From Pseudomonadota bacterium (GTDB lineage Bacteria; Bdellovibrionota; FAC87; UBA2466), in contig JANPJT010000098.1 in assembly GCA_031425635.1 (NCBI GenBank), forward strand, positions 1 to 46,581: 46,581 nucleotides of DNA, given 5' to 3'. Position numbers and translations under genes: made by a program. This document shows positions 25,888 through 35,574 of the stretch, piece after piece; position 1 is the stretch's first letter; each line of letters begins with the position of its first letter. Under the pieces are notes generated by a model that made no database searches, was not told the origin of the DNA, and was given only the letters and a program-made list of their open reading frames with translations.

Positions 25888-27711
25888 ATGCGTTTGTTTA
25901 TCCCATTGAAATATAAGATCGTTTTCCCGGTCTTGGCCGCGGTCGTAGCCAGCGGGGGCTTGTTTTACACGGTTGCTAAACGAACCCTGGTGATAGAGAG
26001 CAGCAGGCTGGGACTCGCGTTGTCGCAAAGTGCTTCCGAGGCACGAAGGGCAGAGGCCGAAATGCTTTTGAAGCTTCGGCTTTTTGAGCTTGAGAAACTG
26101 CGGCTGGAAACGGGCTTCTTTTCCCGGTGCAGTGAGGATTTTCGAAAAGAAGTGATTGGAATCACTGTTTATACCCCAAACCGCAACGGAAGTTTCTCGG
26201 CGTACTATTCCTCAAACACCGACCTCCTCCGATCGAAATCGCTGCCCCTCAACACACTGGCTCTGATTAGTACGGAATCGCCAGTGGACGTTGCCGCTCT
26301 CGCACAAAAGCGGGAGCCCGTTTTGCTCAATCGAAGCATCACCCTTCCCTCCGGAGACTCACTAGGAGTCTTCTCTTTTGTTGCTTACGGCAAAGCACTC
26401 GATGGACACCCAGCACCTACCATCATCGTCGCAGACGCTTCGCAGGACTTTTTCGCTTCCGCTTTTTCCTCTCCCGGGCAGCCCTTGTCTTACGTGGTAT
26501 CGGAAACAGGAAGCCTGCTCCTCCACCCAGAGCCCGAAAAATTGGTGGCTTTCAAAACAGCTCCCTTTCCAGGTTTTCCGTTGAATAAAATGCCTCAAGA
26601 TTGGACGTCGGGAATCAACTTTGAGTGGGGCAAAGAAGGCGAAACGACCCTTGCTTCCGTTTTACCGTTTGGAATCAAAGGATCGTACTTGTACTCAGAG
26701 CACAAATCCGACACCCTCATCCCTCTCTTAACCCGCATGGTCCGCGAAAGCTTGCTCGGACTGTACGCCGTTCTGGGGCTTTGCCTTGCCGTCACGTTTT
26801 GGCTCACTCGGCATTTGGTAAACAATATCCGAAACACGGCAGCCGTCATCGAAGGTGTCGTGCGCGGCGAAATCTACCGAACACCTGAAGTAAAAGGCCG
26901 AGATGAATTTATCTATGTTACCGACGCTTTCGACCGCTTATTCCCCTCTCTACAACAACAACTGAAAAGAGAGTTTGAAAAAGGGCAAAAGGACTCGGAG
27001 CTGGCGACGATACAAGCCGTCCGAGCCCTGGTATCAACGCCCCAAACTGGCTACTTTGAGGACTGGGATTTCACAGCGAATCGCCCCACCGGAGCCGCCG
27101 AGCACCAAGACATTTGGGAGTTTAATTCCTTCGGGAACCGTCGACAGATTATCGTGGGCCGCTGTAGCCAACCAGGGATTTCCGGAACCTTGCTCGCGGT
27201 TTTAGTGCGTCTGACCCTGGACGGTGCCAAAGCCCGGACCTTCACTCTGGTTCAAACATTAGAGCTACTCAACGCCACACTGTATTCTGTCTTTAAGGGA
27301 AGAATTTCTTTCTCTGCGACTGCTTTGGAAGTCGACCTTGCGGGCGGTGCTTTCTCTTGCGTGACCGCAGGATCTGAGAGCCCCCTTCGATGGGAAAAAC
27401 AAAGCGGCGCATCTTTGTCCGCGGTGCGCACAGCGAATTCGCCGATTGGAAGCGCCCCTCAAGCCCACTACGAACAAACGGGAGGCGCACTGATGCCCGG
27501 TGAGTGCCTCTTGCTCAGCGCTTCTACTGTGTCGAATCCGGCGGTCGGCCCGAATGCGACTTCCAAGTTAGAACAACTCGTTCAGAGTGGCAGCGTAAAA
27601 CACTTGGGCGAGTTGAAATTGGCCTCCGAAGCAGTCAACCAAAACACACTTTACGTCGCTTTGGGCCGGCCCAATCAGCTCTCCGAAGGAAGGCTCAAAG
27701 CCGCCGCTTAA
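25888..27711 (+). CDS. Membrane sensor: TM, periplasmic (Cache-like), TM, HAMP, degenerate SpoIIE/PP2C-like domain
   Basis: Two TMs; YVVSETG.LL.HP Cache-like motif; G......V.GRDE....DAF HAMP; LN..LY, SATALEVDL, AG...P, PIG, L.PGE.LLL SpoIIE scaffold. Confidence 0.72.
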   Translation: MRLFIPLKYKIVFPVLAAVVASGGLFYTVAKRTLVIESSRLGLALSQSASEARRAEAEMLLKLRLFELEKLRLETGFFSRCSEDFRKEVIGITVYTPNRNGSFSAYYSSNTDLLRSKSLPLNTLALISTESPVDVAALAQKREPVLLNRSITLPSGDSLGVFSFVAYGKALDGHPAPTIIVADASQDFFASAFSSPGQPLSYVVSETGSLLLHPEPEKLVAFKTAPFPGFPLNKMPQDWTSGINFEWGKEGETTLASVLPFGIKGSYLYSEHKSDTLIPLLTRMVRESLLGLYAVLGLCLAVTFWLTRHLVNNIRNTAAVIEGVVRGEIYRTPEVKGRDEFIYVTDAFDRLFPSLQQQLKREFEKGQKDSELATIQAVRALVSTPQTGYFEDWDFTANRPTGAAEHQDIWEFNSFGNRRQIIVGRCSQPGISGTLLAVLVRLTLDGAKARTFTLVQTLELLNATLYSVFKGRISFSATALEVDLAGGAFSCVTAGSESPLRWEKQSGASLSAVRTANSPIGSAPQAHYEQTGGALMPGECLLLSASTVSNPAVGPNATSKLEQLVQSGSVKHLGELKLASEAVNQNTLYVALGRPNQLSEGRLKAAA

Positions 27712-28421
27712 GGTTTGGCCGACGGCTCCGGTTTAAAATAAATTTCCTGGTGGATGGAGTCTTTTAAAACCCCTCGCGCTTTGAGGGCCTGCTTTACTTC
27801 ATCAATCATTGCACCATTCCCGCAGAGATAAAAATCCGTCTCAAGCCAAGCGGCTTCCGTTTTCTGCAAATAGTCAGTCACTCTGCCCGCCCAGTTTGAC
27901 CCCCCCTTATTTTGAGGGCGGCTGATACACGGCACCCACTGAACTCCATCTAAATTGCCGAGACTGTCTTGGTAAAGGATCTCATTTTCAGTGCGCACAC
28001 CCAAGAGGCAAACGGCCTTGCGCACAGCTGTAGCCTTAAAACGCTCCGATAGCAGCATCGATCGAAACGGAGCGATCCCCGTTCCGGTCGCAATAAAAAC
28101 TACGTCACGTCCGGGCTTCGGTTTAAAGACGAGAAATCCATAGGGAGCAAACCCGCGAAAAAAATCTCCAGGCTTCAAATTCGCGAGAAAACTATTCCCG
28201 GGGCCTTTTTCTATTCTTTGAATACACAGCGCGATGGGAGAACTCCCGGGCGGGGACGCTATCGAATAAGGCCGCCGTAGCGGCTTGCCTTCGGGTTGCG
28301 GGACTTCCACACTAATGTACTGCCCCGCCTGAAAATCAAGCGGCCTATCTGGCGTAAAAGTGAGCTCAAAAACCGAAGCCGACAGTTCGCGCGTTGATTC
28401 TACTTTGCACCGAAACTCCAA
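27708..28421 (-). CDS. FAD/NAD(P)-binding oxidoreductase (ferredoxin reductase-type)
   Basis: FQAGQY, RPYSIAS, PYG, FIATGTGIAPFRSM, FYLCGNGAMI, terminal E.YF. Probable TTG start at 28421 after GGGAGAG. Confidence 0.9.
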   Translation of the reverse strand: MEFRCKVESTRELSASVFELTFTPDRPLDFQAGQYISVEVPQPEGKPLRRPYSIASPPGSSPIALCIQRIEKGPGNSFLANLKPGDFFRGFAPYGFLVFKPKPGRDVVFIATGTGIAPFRSMLLSERFKATAVRKAVCLLGVRTENEILYQDSLGNLDGVQWVPCISRPQNKGGSNWAGRVTDYLQKTEAAWLETDFYLCGNGAMIDEVKQALKARGVLKDSIHQEIYFKPEPSAKP

Positions 28422-28666
28422 CAGACTCTCCCTTTTGAAGTGGCCAATTTGGCAAACCTTGAACCAAAAGGCGAGCCCCAATCTGCGCTCGTTCCCTTAA
28501 AAGCAAGTGGTTGCGCTCACATCAAGTCGACCGATTCCGCCCACCGGCTTTGAGCCCACCCTCTTTTCCTCAGAAACACGCCTTAACGCTAAGGCACGAA
28601 TCTTAAAAACTCCCCAAACTAATCCGCTACGTTCGGGGCCGGCATTCGTTGAAAAAAAGCGGCCGA

Positions 28667-28833
28667 GGCTTTGGGGTGGTTGGTGGGGGGCTTTCTTTAA
28701 AAACCGTTACCGCCGACTGAGGGCACTTAGGAACCGCTAACTCGATCGGCGGTACGAGCGCATCCCAAACAGTCGAAGGCGAAACCCGCCTGCGTGTTTT
28801 TAAAGAAAGCTCGCCACCAACCGTCCCAAAGCC
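28667..28833 (+). other. Intergenic structured element: 38-bp imperfect inverted repeat enclosing two hairpin arms (candidate ncRNA or MITE)
   Basis: 28667-28704 versus 28796-28833: 34/38 Watson-Crick pairs, 3 G-U, 1 mismatch. Inner stems TACCGCCGA/TCGGCGGTA, TTAG/CTAA, GCGCA/TGCGT, GGCG/CGCC. Confidence 0.65.
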
Positions 28834-29042
28834 GGTGCTTGCCTACCTGACGCCTTGATCTGGAGCCCCAACCACCAGCGTTCTCAAGAAAGAACCGTAC
28901 CTCTCGCTAAAGACGTGACTACTCAAGCGAGTAGCCTGACTAGCCCGGCCTCTGAGGGGCCTTTGTGCCTCTTTCTCCTTAGTTTTGGCACGATTGCACT
29001 TCACAAATTGGTTACGATCATCCGATACGGAGTGTGGTCGCT

Positions 29043-29933
29043 ATGAAAACTAGAAGACATTTCTCGCTGGCTTTCTGGGCACTAGTGCCGCTGTTTGCAG
29101 CGTGCACCCACGCCCCTATCGAAGTGACTGACAACGAGTTACTGGAAGAAATCAACGAGCCCGCAGGGCCCGCTCTAACGGAGCCTGCGCTTACTGAAGC
29201 TTTTGCTGCGACCAGCGAGCCGACCGAGAAAGTCATTGCGGCACAACAAAGAAAAGTTCGCAGCGCCGTGCCAGTGAAGTCACCTTTTACCACTGCCGCC
29301 AAAAAAATGAGCCCCCAAGCCATCACCCGTTCAGGGGATCGGCTGAACCGATATTACTTCCTTCGCCTCGGTGATACTCCGGAATCTCTCTCTATCGGAC
29401 TCTACGGAACCGCCGAACGAGCTGCCGACTTAGTTCAGTGGAACGGGTCATCAGGGATTTGGAAGGCGGGCCAAACGCTTTATTATTCGTCTCAGAAAAA
29501 CCCTAACGATAGCCGCCTGCTTTCTTTTTATTCTGAATCCAATGCACCTACCGAGGTTCGAACGGTAGGCGAGGGTGCGGACCTACGAAAACTTGCGGAG
29601 CAACTGTATGGAGCGGAAGGAAGCTGGAGGGAGATTGCCGTAATGAATGGCCTCACCAGCAGCGTCGTATCGCGTGAAACTTCCATTCGGCTTCTCCCCG
29701 CAAAACTGTTTGCCAGCGCCGAAATTCCTCTAGTGGCTAAAGTAGAATCAAAACCAGAACCCTCCGAGGTCCCTGTGGTAGTGGTGAAGGAACGGAAACT
29801 GGCCTATTCGCAAATTGGAGATTTCGTCCAGCACAACCCCTTGCTAGTCGCTTGCAGCCTGGTAGTTTTCTCGCTGATTGCGGTTTATCTTGCGCTTCAA
29901 CGTCGGAAGTACCGATCCCGGTTTGATTTCTAA
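29043..29933 (+). CDS. Lipoprotein with two LysM-like modules and a C-terminal TM anchor
   Basis: Lipobox LFAAC; YFLRLGDTPESLS..LYG...LVQWNG and VGEGADLRKLAEQLYG...WREIAVMNGL; C-terminal hydrophobic helix followed by RRKYRSR. Confidence 0.75.
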   Translation: MKTRRHFSLAFWALVPLFAACTHAPIEVTDNELLEEINEPAGPALTEPALTEAFAATSEPTEKVIAAQQRKVRSAVPVKSPFTTAAKKMSPQAITRSGDRLNRYYFLRLGDTPESLSIGLYGTAERAADLVQWNGSSGIWKAGQTLYYSSQKNPNDSRLLSFYSESNAPTEVRTVGEGADLRKLAEQLYGAEGSWREIAVMNGLTSSVVSRETSIRLLPAKLFASAEIPLVAKVESKPEPSEVPVVVVKERKLAYSQIGDFVQHNPLLVACSLVVFSLIAVYLALQRRKYRSRFDF

Positions 29934-32182
29934 TGCACCCACACTGGACTGGAACTTTTCTCTGCCCACAGCTTTCGAAAGCTTTTGAAGTTTTTCGATA
30001 AGACGTGGCCGGAAGACCCCACTGGGAAACTCCAGGAGCCACCGTCGGCTTCTCGAAGATCCCAGACAATTCGAGTAGAAGCCCCCGCCTTGGGGCGCTC
30101 CACTCGAACCACTCCGTCGTAGCCCACTTGAGGCATCTCATCGATCGCAAAAAGCCACCCAAGCCAAGGGATCCCTTTCACGAACGGGTGCTGCGCTCGC
30201 CATCGGTTAGCGTTAGAAAACTGCTCTGTGTGCACGTGGGCACTTTCGATTTCGTCCAGAATCCAAGTGGCAAGTTCGCTGGGTTGGATGCCAAACACTT
30301 CGGTTCCAGCAGACTCCATCACCGCGAGCTGCCAGCCTGTCTGCATCTTCCACTCGTAAGGGATTTTGCTTGCGGCTTCGGGGAGAAAGGCAAATCTCGC
30401 CCGCCCAATGAGGGCCTGGCTAAAGAGTTTTCGAGCCCAAATCCCCTCCGCAAAGACCTTCTCGTTGCTTTCTGCAAACCCATCCCACGACTCCCACCGA
30501 GCAAGGATTTTCTCCTGAGCGGGGTTTTTGGGTTTGGCATGCTTTCGCACCCAGGCAAAGAGCTGAATCGAAAACCTTGAGTGGGTGTCGAGTTGAAGCT
30601 TCAACATTCCTTTGCGGCTATGCGCCGCTCCCGTGAGCACCGTCCGAATCCGATCCTGCCGCAAATCCGACGACCAATGGTGGCCGTAATCCGAAAGCCA
30701 TAGCCGCTGATTGGCAGTAGAAATGAACGCAGCCTCTTTCCCAGCCGGGACAAAGACTCGCGGGCGATCCGCGACGGGCGCCATGCCGACCCATTCTCCG
30801 TCGGTCGCGACTTGGACGATGAGCCCCGACTTTTTTCGTTTCACTCCTCGCCCCGAAACACGCAGGCCAATCGAGCCGTCTTTGTGCCCGTAGACCGCGG
30901 CCTGCGCAGGGAGAGGAAAGTCGTCTAAGGCTTTGTTAAAGCTCTCCCAGTCGTTGGAGCGCATCAGAGCCAAAGTCGGGATTCTGAGGTTCCCCGGCTT
31001 TAACGCGAGCCATTGCCGAGAGAGGGTTTTTCCGGGCTGGCTTTTGAGCTGAATGAGGGGGCCACGGTGTGTGAACCGCGCGGTGCCGGTTCTGTCGGCA
31101 GCCCCACGCGCCCGAATGGTATACGGAAGCTCTTGGACTTCTTTCCATTTTTTTGTTCCGTTGGAACTTCTCGACTCAACATACTTTTTACCATCTTCGC
31201 TGAGCTCTTCTTCTAAAAGATCGTCGACGTCTTCTTTGGCATTGGTGAAGCCCCAACCAACCAACTCGTTTCTACCAATCACGATCCCGGGAATCCCCGG
31301 AAGGGAGACCCCAGCCGTCCATTCTTCAGCCACGCGCATTCGAATCGGGTACCAGAGCTGAGGCACCGAAGCCGAGAGGTGGGGGTCGTTAGCGACCCAC
31401 ACTCCCGTTTCATTTCTCGCCACCCAAGCGTTGCTCCCAGGGTAGAATTCACCATCGGAATGCACCTCTGCTTTTTCAGAAGCCGTGAGTGGCGCGGCAC
31501 GCAATTTTTCTTCAGGAAGAACGAGAGGCTTCGCTTTTTTATTTTTCCCAAGCAACACCGTGTTCCAAGGGTGATCCTGGGTGAAAAGAAAATTCTCCCA
31601 TGAAAGGGGCAAAAACTTGCGCCATACGCTTGCCGAAGCCTCGCTTTCGAAAACCGAGCTCAAATCGTCTACCATCGAAAGCAAAATCAGAACGCTGTCG
31701 GTGCAAACCCACGGCTCAGGAGTGGCGCCCAGCAAAAGGTACTCGACTCCCCACCGTTTAGGGCTTTGTTTAATGAATTGAGTAACCCCGCGAGCAAAAC
31801 TTTCACAAAAAGCTCGCTCGGGTTCCGGAAACAGCGCAGCGGCGCGTTCAGCCACCCCTTGCCAATCTTCTTTCCTACGCCCTTCGTCGTGGTCAAGCGC
31901 TTGGGGCCCAAACCACTCCGAAAGCCGCCCCGAAGCACTTCGGCGCATGAGGTCCATTTGCCATAGACGATCCGAAGCCACCACGAAGCCTTGCGCTTCT
32001 GCCAGCGACGGCCAGTCTTTCCCCTCAATAGTAGGGATGCCTAAAGGATCGAACTTTACCTGAGACCCAGCGATAGGCTTTGACCAGTCCACCGAGTCAC
32101 GGCCCTGGCGGGTTATGAACCTGTACCCAAAGTAAGAGCCCACCAAAACCGAAACTAAAATGAGAAGGAAAAAGCGTCGCAT
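29930..32182 (-). CDS. Penicillin acylase (Ntn hydrolase, peptidase S45) family protein
   Basis: D..GIP.I, QGFV.A.DRLWQMDLMRR.A.GRLSEWFG, GSNAWV (beta-chain Ser), ANDPHL, IGRN...WGFTN, T.RGP, TANQ, G.SG. Probable ATG at 32182. Confidence 0.92.
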   Translation of the reverse strand: MRRFFLLILVSVLVGSYFGYRFITRQGRDSVDWSKPIAGSQVKFDPLGIPTIEGKDWPSLAEAQGFVVASDRLWQMDLMRRSASGRLSEWFGPQALDHDEGRRKEDWQGVAERAAALFPEPERAFCESFARGVTQFIKQSPKRWGVEYLLLGATPEPWVCTDSVLILLSMVDDLSSVFESEASASVWRKFLPLSWENFLFTQDHPWNTVLLGKNKKAKPLVLPEEKLRAAPLTASEKAEVHSDGEFYPGSNAWVARNETGVWVANDPHLSASVPQLWYPIRMRVAEEWTAGVSLPGIPGIVIGRNELVGWGFTNAKEDVDDLLEEELSEDGKKYVESRSSNGTKKWKEVQELPYTIRARGAADRTGTARFTHRGPLIQLKSQPGKTLSRQWLALKPGNLRIPTLALMRSNDWESFNKALDDFPLPAQAAVYGHKDGSIGLRVSGRGVKRKKSGLIVQVATDGEWVGMAPVADRPRVFVPAGKEAAFISTANQRLWLSDYGHHWSSDLRQDRIRTVLTGAAHSRKGMLKLQLDTHSRFSIQLFAWVRKHAKPKNPAQEKILARWESWDGFAESNEKVFAEGIWARKLFSQALIGRARFAFLPEAASKIPYEWKMQTGWQLAVMESAGTEVFGIQPSELATWILDEIESAHVHTEQFSNANRWRAQHPFVKGIPWLGWLFAIDEMPQVGYDGVVRVERPKAGASTRIVWDLREADGGSWSFPVGSSGHVLSKNFKSFRKLWAEKSSSPVWVH

Positions 32183-32260
32183 GCCAGCAGAATGCGGTTT
32201 CCCCTCCCCGGTGGCAAGCACTGGGGAGAGGAAAATTCGCAAAACGCACCGGTTGAACGG

Positions 32261-32674
32261 CTACTTCGTGCTGAAGTAGAAACCGCCCCCATGGCCCCAT
32301 TTCGAGGTGGCGCCTGCGGCTTTCAGGTAAAAATCACCAAAGTAGACTGCTTGGTTGTCGCCCCGCAAGTAAGTGCCCGTCAGCAGTGTTTCGGTGCCTT
32401 TGGCTGTCCCTGGGGCATCGGTAAAGCGCACGTTGAAAACTTTCCGCCCGAGGACTTCTGCTGAGCGAAACGAATCCGACTCCACTTCCTTGCCCTGGAA
32501 CTCGAGGATGACTTTGCCTTGGCCCTTCTTGGGGACATAGAGGTCGACTTTAGTGCTCTGAAGGCTGGTGCCCGACTTAAAAAGCGCGGTCCCCTCGGCC
32601 TTGATATGATCTGGGTGGTTTGCATGGGCGAAAAAGCCCAAAGAGAAAACGACTACAACGACATGGAAGCGCAT
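32261..32674 (-). CDS. Small secreted beta-rich hypothetical protein
   Basis: AGAGG RBS before ATG 32674; signal peptide (AHA-N); GTYLRG.N...Y.GDFY. Confidence 0.7.
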   Translation of the reverse strand: MRFHVVVVVFSLGFFAHANHPDHIKAEGTALFKSGTSLQSTKVDLYVPKKGQGKVILEFQGKEVESDSFRSAEVLGRKVFNVRFTDAPGTAKGTETLLTGTYLRGDNQAVYFGDFYLKAAGATSKWGHGGGFYFSTK

Positions 32675-32811
32675 AAGTACCTCTTGTGTTGAAATAGCCG
32701 CGGCGCACCAAGCGCTGCAGCGAGCAAAATACCCGCAACCCATATCGTGGCGCCTTGCCACTGCTTAGGCAAGATGGCATTCTCCTGCTTTTCGTGAGGA
32801 AATCTTTTTCT

Positions 32812-35292
32812 GTGACTTTCGAAGCTTGGTTCCAAAACAGACACCCACACATCCCCACTTCGTCCGTTTCCGCTGTGCTGAAGCTAGCAACTGAGGGAGC
32901 GACACTCCCCTTCATTGCCAGGTACCGGAAAGAAGCGACGGGTAACCTCAATGAAGTCGGCATTGAACAAGTGCTGGATGGCAAGGAAGATTGGGACGGG
33001 CTCAACCAACGGCAAGCGTTTATCGTCGCAGAAATTGAATCGCAGTCGAAGCTCACTCCCGAGCTGAAAGCTTCTATCTTGAGCTGCTTCGATCGCGATC
33101 GGCTGGAAGATATTTATCTTCCGTTCAAGAAAAAGAAGAAAACAAAAGCCCTTCTCGCAAAAGAAGCAGGGCTGGAGCCCCTTGCGGATTGGATTTGGAA
33201 CTGCGGCCATGGAACCGAGGTTCCGCAGCCAGGGCAAACGCTGGAGCTTTGGGCGCTCACTTTTCGTAACGAAGACAAAGGCATTTTAGAAGTGGCGGCA
33301 GTGCTCCAAGGCGCCACGGATATTTTGGTCGAACGGCTTTCAGAAGTACAAGAGTTACGCGAGCGTGTGCGAGAAGCTTTCACCCAGAAAGGCTTCCTTT
33401 ATTGCACTAAAGGCGACAAGGCGAAGCCGAATAGCAAATTCGAAAAATACTTTGCCTACCACGAGTCGGTTGCTTCGCTGAGACAGCCTCAGAACTCGCA
33501 CCGATACTTAGCGCTCCGCCGCGGCTGGCTGGAGAGCGAAATTGTCGCTCGGATCGGCGGTCCAGTCGCCGAGCCTGAGTTTGAAAAGGCTCTGCTGGGG
33601 GCGTTTGAAATGCACGCGTGCTCAGTGCATGAAAGCCCGGGCGCTGAAATCCTAAAACGGGCCGCCCTCCTCGCCTACCAAGTGTATGTACGGCCCGCCA
33701 TTGAATCGGAAGTCCATCGGGCCCTTAAAACCGTTGCTGACGACGTGGCGATCGGTGTTTTTGCAGACAATGTACGAACTCTCTTACTTTCTGCTCCTTT
33801 GGGACCCAAATCGGTTCTGGCAGTGGATCCTGGCATTCGCACAGGTTGCAAAGTGGCTTTGGTCGACGCCAGCGGTAAATTCACGCACCACGAAGTGATT
33901 TCCCTTCAAACCGATGACCAAAAAGCTAAATCGAAAGAGTCTCTCCTTGCCCTTTTGGCAGCGCACCCTATCGACGCCATTGCCATTGGCAATGGAACGG
34001 CGGGAAGAGAAACCGAAATTTTCTTCCGTGCTTTTCTGAAAGAGACCGGCAAATCGCTGCCCGTGGTGATGGTCAATGAATCAGGTGCGAGCGTTTATAG
34101 CGCAAGCGAAGTGGCAAGAGAAGAGTTCCCCGAACTCGATGTCACTGTCCGCGGCGCCATTTCCATTGGGCGAAGGTTGCAGGACCCGCTTGCGGAGCTT
34201 GTGAAAATTGATCCAAAAAGCATTGGCGTAGGCCAATACCAACACGATGTTCCAGCGCACTCCTTGAAAAAATCGCTGCAGCGAGTGGTCGAGCTCAGCG
34301 TCAACTCGGTGGGCGTCAACGTCAACACGGCGTCGACGCATTTGCTTGCGTATGTTTCCGGGATTGGGCCGGCGCTGGCGAAAGCGCTTGTCGAAAAGCG
34401 AAACGAGAAGGGGCTATTCCGTTCCAGAGCCGAGCTTCTCGAAATCCCTTTCTTCTCCACCAAAACTTTTGAACAAGCCGCAGGGTTTCTCAGAGTACCC
34501 AACGGCACCAACCCGTTAGACAACACAGGGGTCCACCCTGAGCGGTACTCGGTTTTGGAAGCATTCGCACAAACCGTCGATAAACCTGTCGCTTCTTTGC
34601 TTGGCGCTGGTGCGAGCACAGTGCGCTCGTCGAGAGAACTCCAAGAGCAGCTAGGTGCCTTTACCTTCGGCGACTTAGTAGCGGAGCTCGAAAAGCCGGG
34701 AAGAGACCCTCGAGAAAGCTTCACTCCCTTTTCCTTCCGCGAAGATATTTTTGAAATGAAGGACTTGCAGGCCGGAATGGCTTGCCCTGGCATTGTCACC
34801 AATGTGACCAACTTCGGTGCGTTCGTGGACATTGGAGTGCACCAGGACGGCCTTGTGCATTTATCTCAGCTTGCGAACCGCTTCGTGCGCGACCCACGCG
34901 AAGTGGTGAACCCCGGCGATAGAGTTCAAGTGCGCGTCCTAGAAGTGAACTTAGAAAAGAAGCAGATCTCTCTCACGATGAGAGCAGAAAAGCCTGCAGC
35001 ACGGCCACCGCGACCGCCAGCGCAAAAAACCGAAAGACCGCCAGCGCCGCGTCCCAAAGTCAACGCTCCGCCTCCTCGAATGAACGCTGGCGGATCTCCG
35101 CCCATGCAAAACCGAAGTGGCTCTTCACCGCATCGCCCTACGCGAAGCACTGACTCAAGGCCGAAGACCCCGCGCAGCGCTCCGCCCCCGCGCCGGCCCG
35201 AACAACCGCGAAGGCGCGAAGCCCCTACGCGGAATGAAGAGCTGAAGCACAACCCATTCGCAGCGCTCATTGCGCTGAAGAATAAGTCTTAG
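32812..35292 (+). CDS. tex: Tex/YhgF transcription accessory protein with S1 domain and Pro/Arg-rich tail
   Basis: GATLPFIARYRKEATG, LEDIYLPFK, DPGIRTGCK, IAIGNGTAGRE, SIGRRLQDPLAELVKIDPKSIGVGQYQHD, VTNVTNFGAFVDIG. Probable GTG start 32812 (track starts at 32755). Confidence 0.95.
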   Translation: MTFEAWFQNRHPHIPTSSVSAVLKLATEGATLPFIARYRKEATGNLNEVGIEQVLDGKEDWDGLNQRQAFIVAEIESQSKLTPELKASILSCFDRDRLEDIYLPFKKKKKTKALLAKEAGLEPLADWIWNCGHGTEVPQPGQTLELWALTFRNEDKGILEVAAVLQGATDILVERLSEVQELRERVREAFTQKGFLYCTKGDKAKPNSKFEKYFAYHESVASLRQPQNSHRYLALRRGWLESEIVARIGGPVAEPEFEKALLGAFEMHACSVHESPGAEILKRAALLAYQVYVRPAIESEVHRALKTVADDVAIGVFADNVRTLLLSAPLGPKSVLAVDPGIRTGCKVALVDASGKFTHHEVISLQTDDQKAKSKESLLALLAAHPIDAIAIGNGTAGRETEIFFRAFLKETGKSLPVVMVNESGASVYSASEVAREEFPELDVTVRGAISIGRRLQDPLAELVKIDPKSIGVGQYQHDVPAHSLKKSLQRVVELSVNSVGVNVNTASTHLLAYVSGIGPALAKALVEKRNEKGLFRSRAELLEIPFFSTKTFEQAAGFLRVPNGTNPLDNTGVHPERYSVLEAFAQTVDKPVASLLGAGASTVRSSRELQEQLGAFTFGDLVAELEKPGRDPRESFTPFSFREDIFEMKDLQAGMACPGIVTNVTNFGAFVDIGVHQDGLVHLSQLANRFVRDPREVVNPGDRVQVRVLEVNLEKKQISLTMRAEKPAARPPRPPAQKTERPPAPRPKVNAPPPRMNAGGSPPMQNRSGSSPHRPTRSTDSRPKTPRSAPPPRRPEQPRRREAPTRNEELKHNPFAALIALKNKS

Positions 35293-35504
35293 TGGCGTTG
35301 AAACACGGCGCCAAGATCAAGTTCTCGCAAGAATGCGAACTTCCCAATCGCAGGCTTTGGCTGAGAGGTTAGCTCTACTGAATAGTTACGACTAGGTTTT
35401 CTAGATACGGATTTGGCAGACTCATTTAAATTGCTAGAAACGATCTCACCCGCGAACCCCGGGGGGTTTTTGAGCAAGGTCTTCGGGGTTCGAGAGAGAT
35501 CCAT
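35289..35504 (-). CDS. Possible small hypothetical protein (71 aa)
   Basis: Strong SD (GAGGAGGGG) just upstream of ATG 35504; no recognisable motif. Confidence 0.35.
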   Translation of the reverse strand: MDLSRTPKTLLKNPPGFAGEIVSSNLNESAKSVSRKPSRNYSVELTSQPKPAIGKFAFLRELDLGAVFQRH

Positions 35505-35574
35505 TTGAACCCCTCCTCGACCGCGGATTTCTGGAGCGGGAAAAGGCCCTCTCTCCCAAACCCATAGCTGATTA

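Noticed and set aside
28667-28833. Retron msr-msd or Tn3-type 38-bp ends
   Set aside because: No reverse transcriptase or transposase in the window, the ends do not start with GGGG, and there is no 5-bp target duplication.
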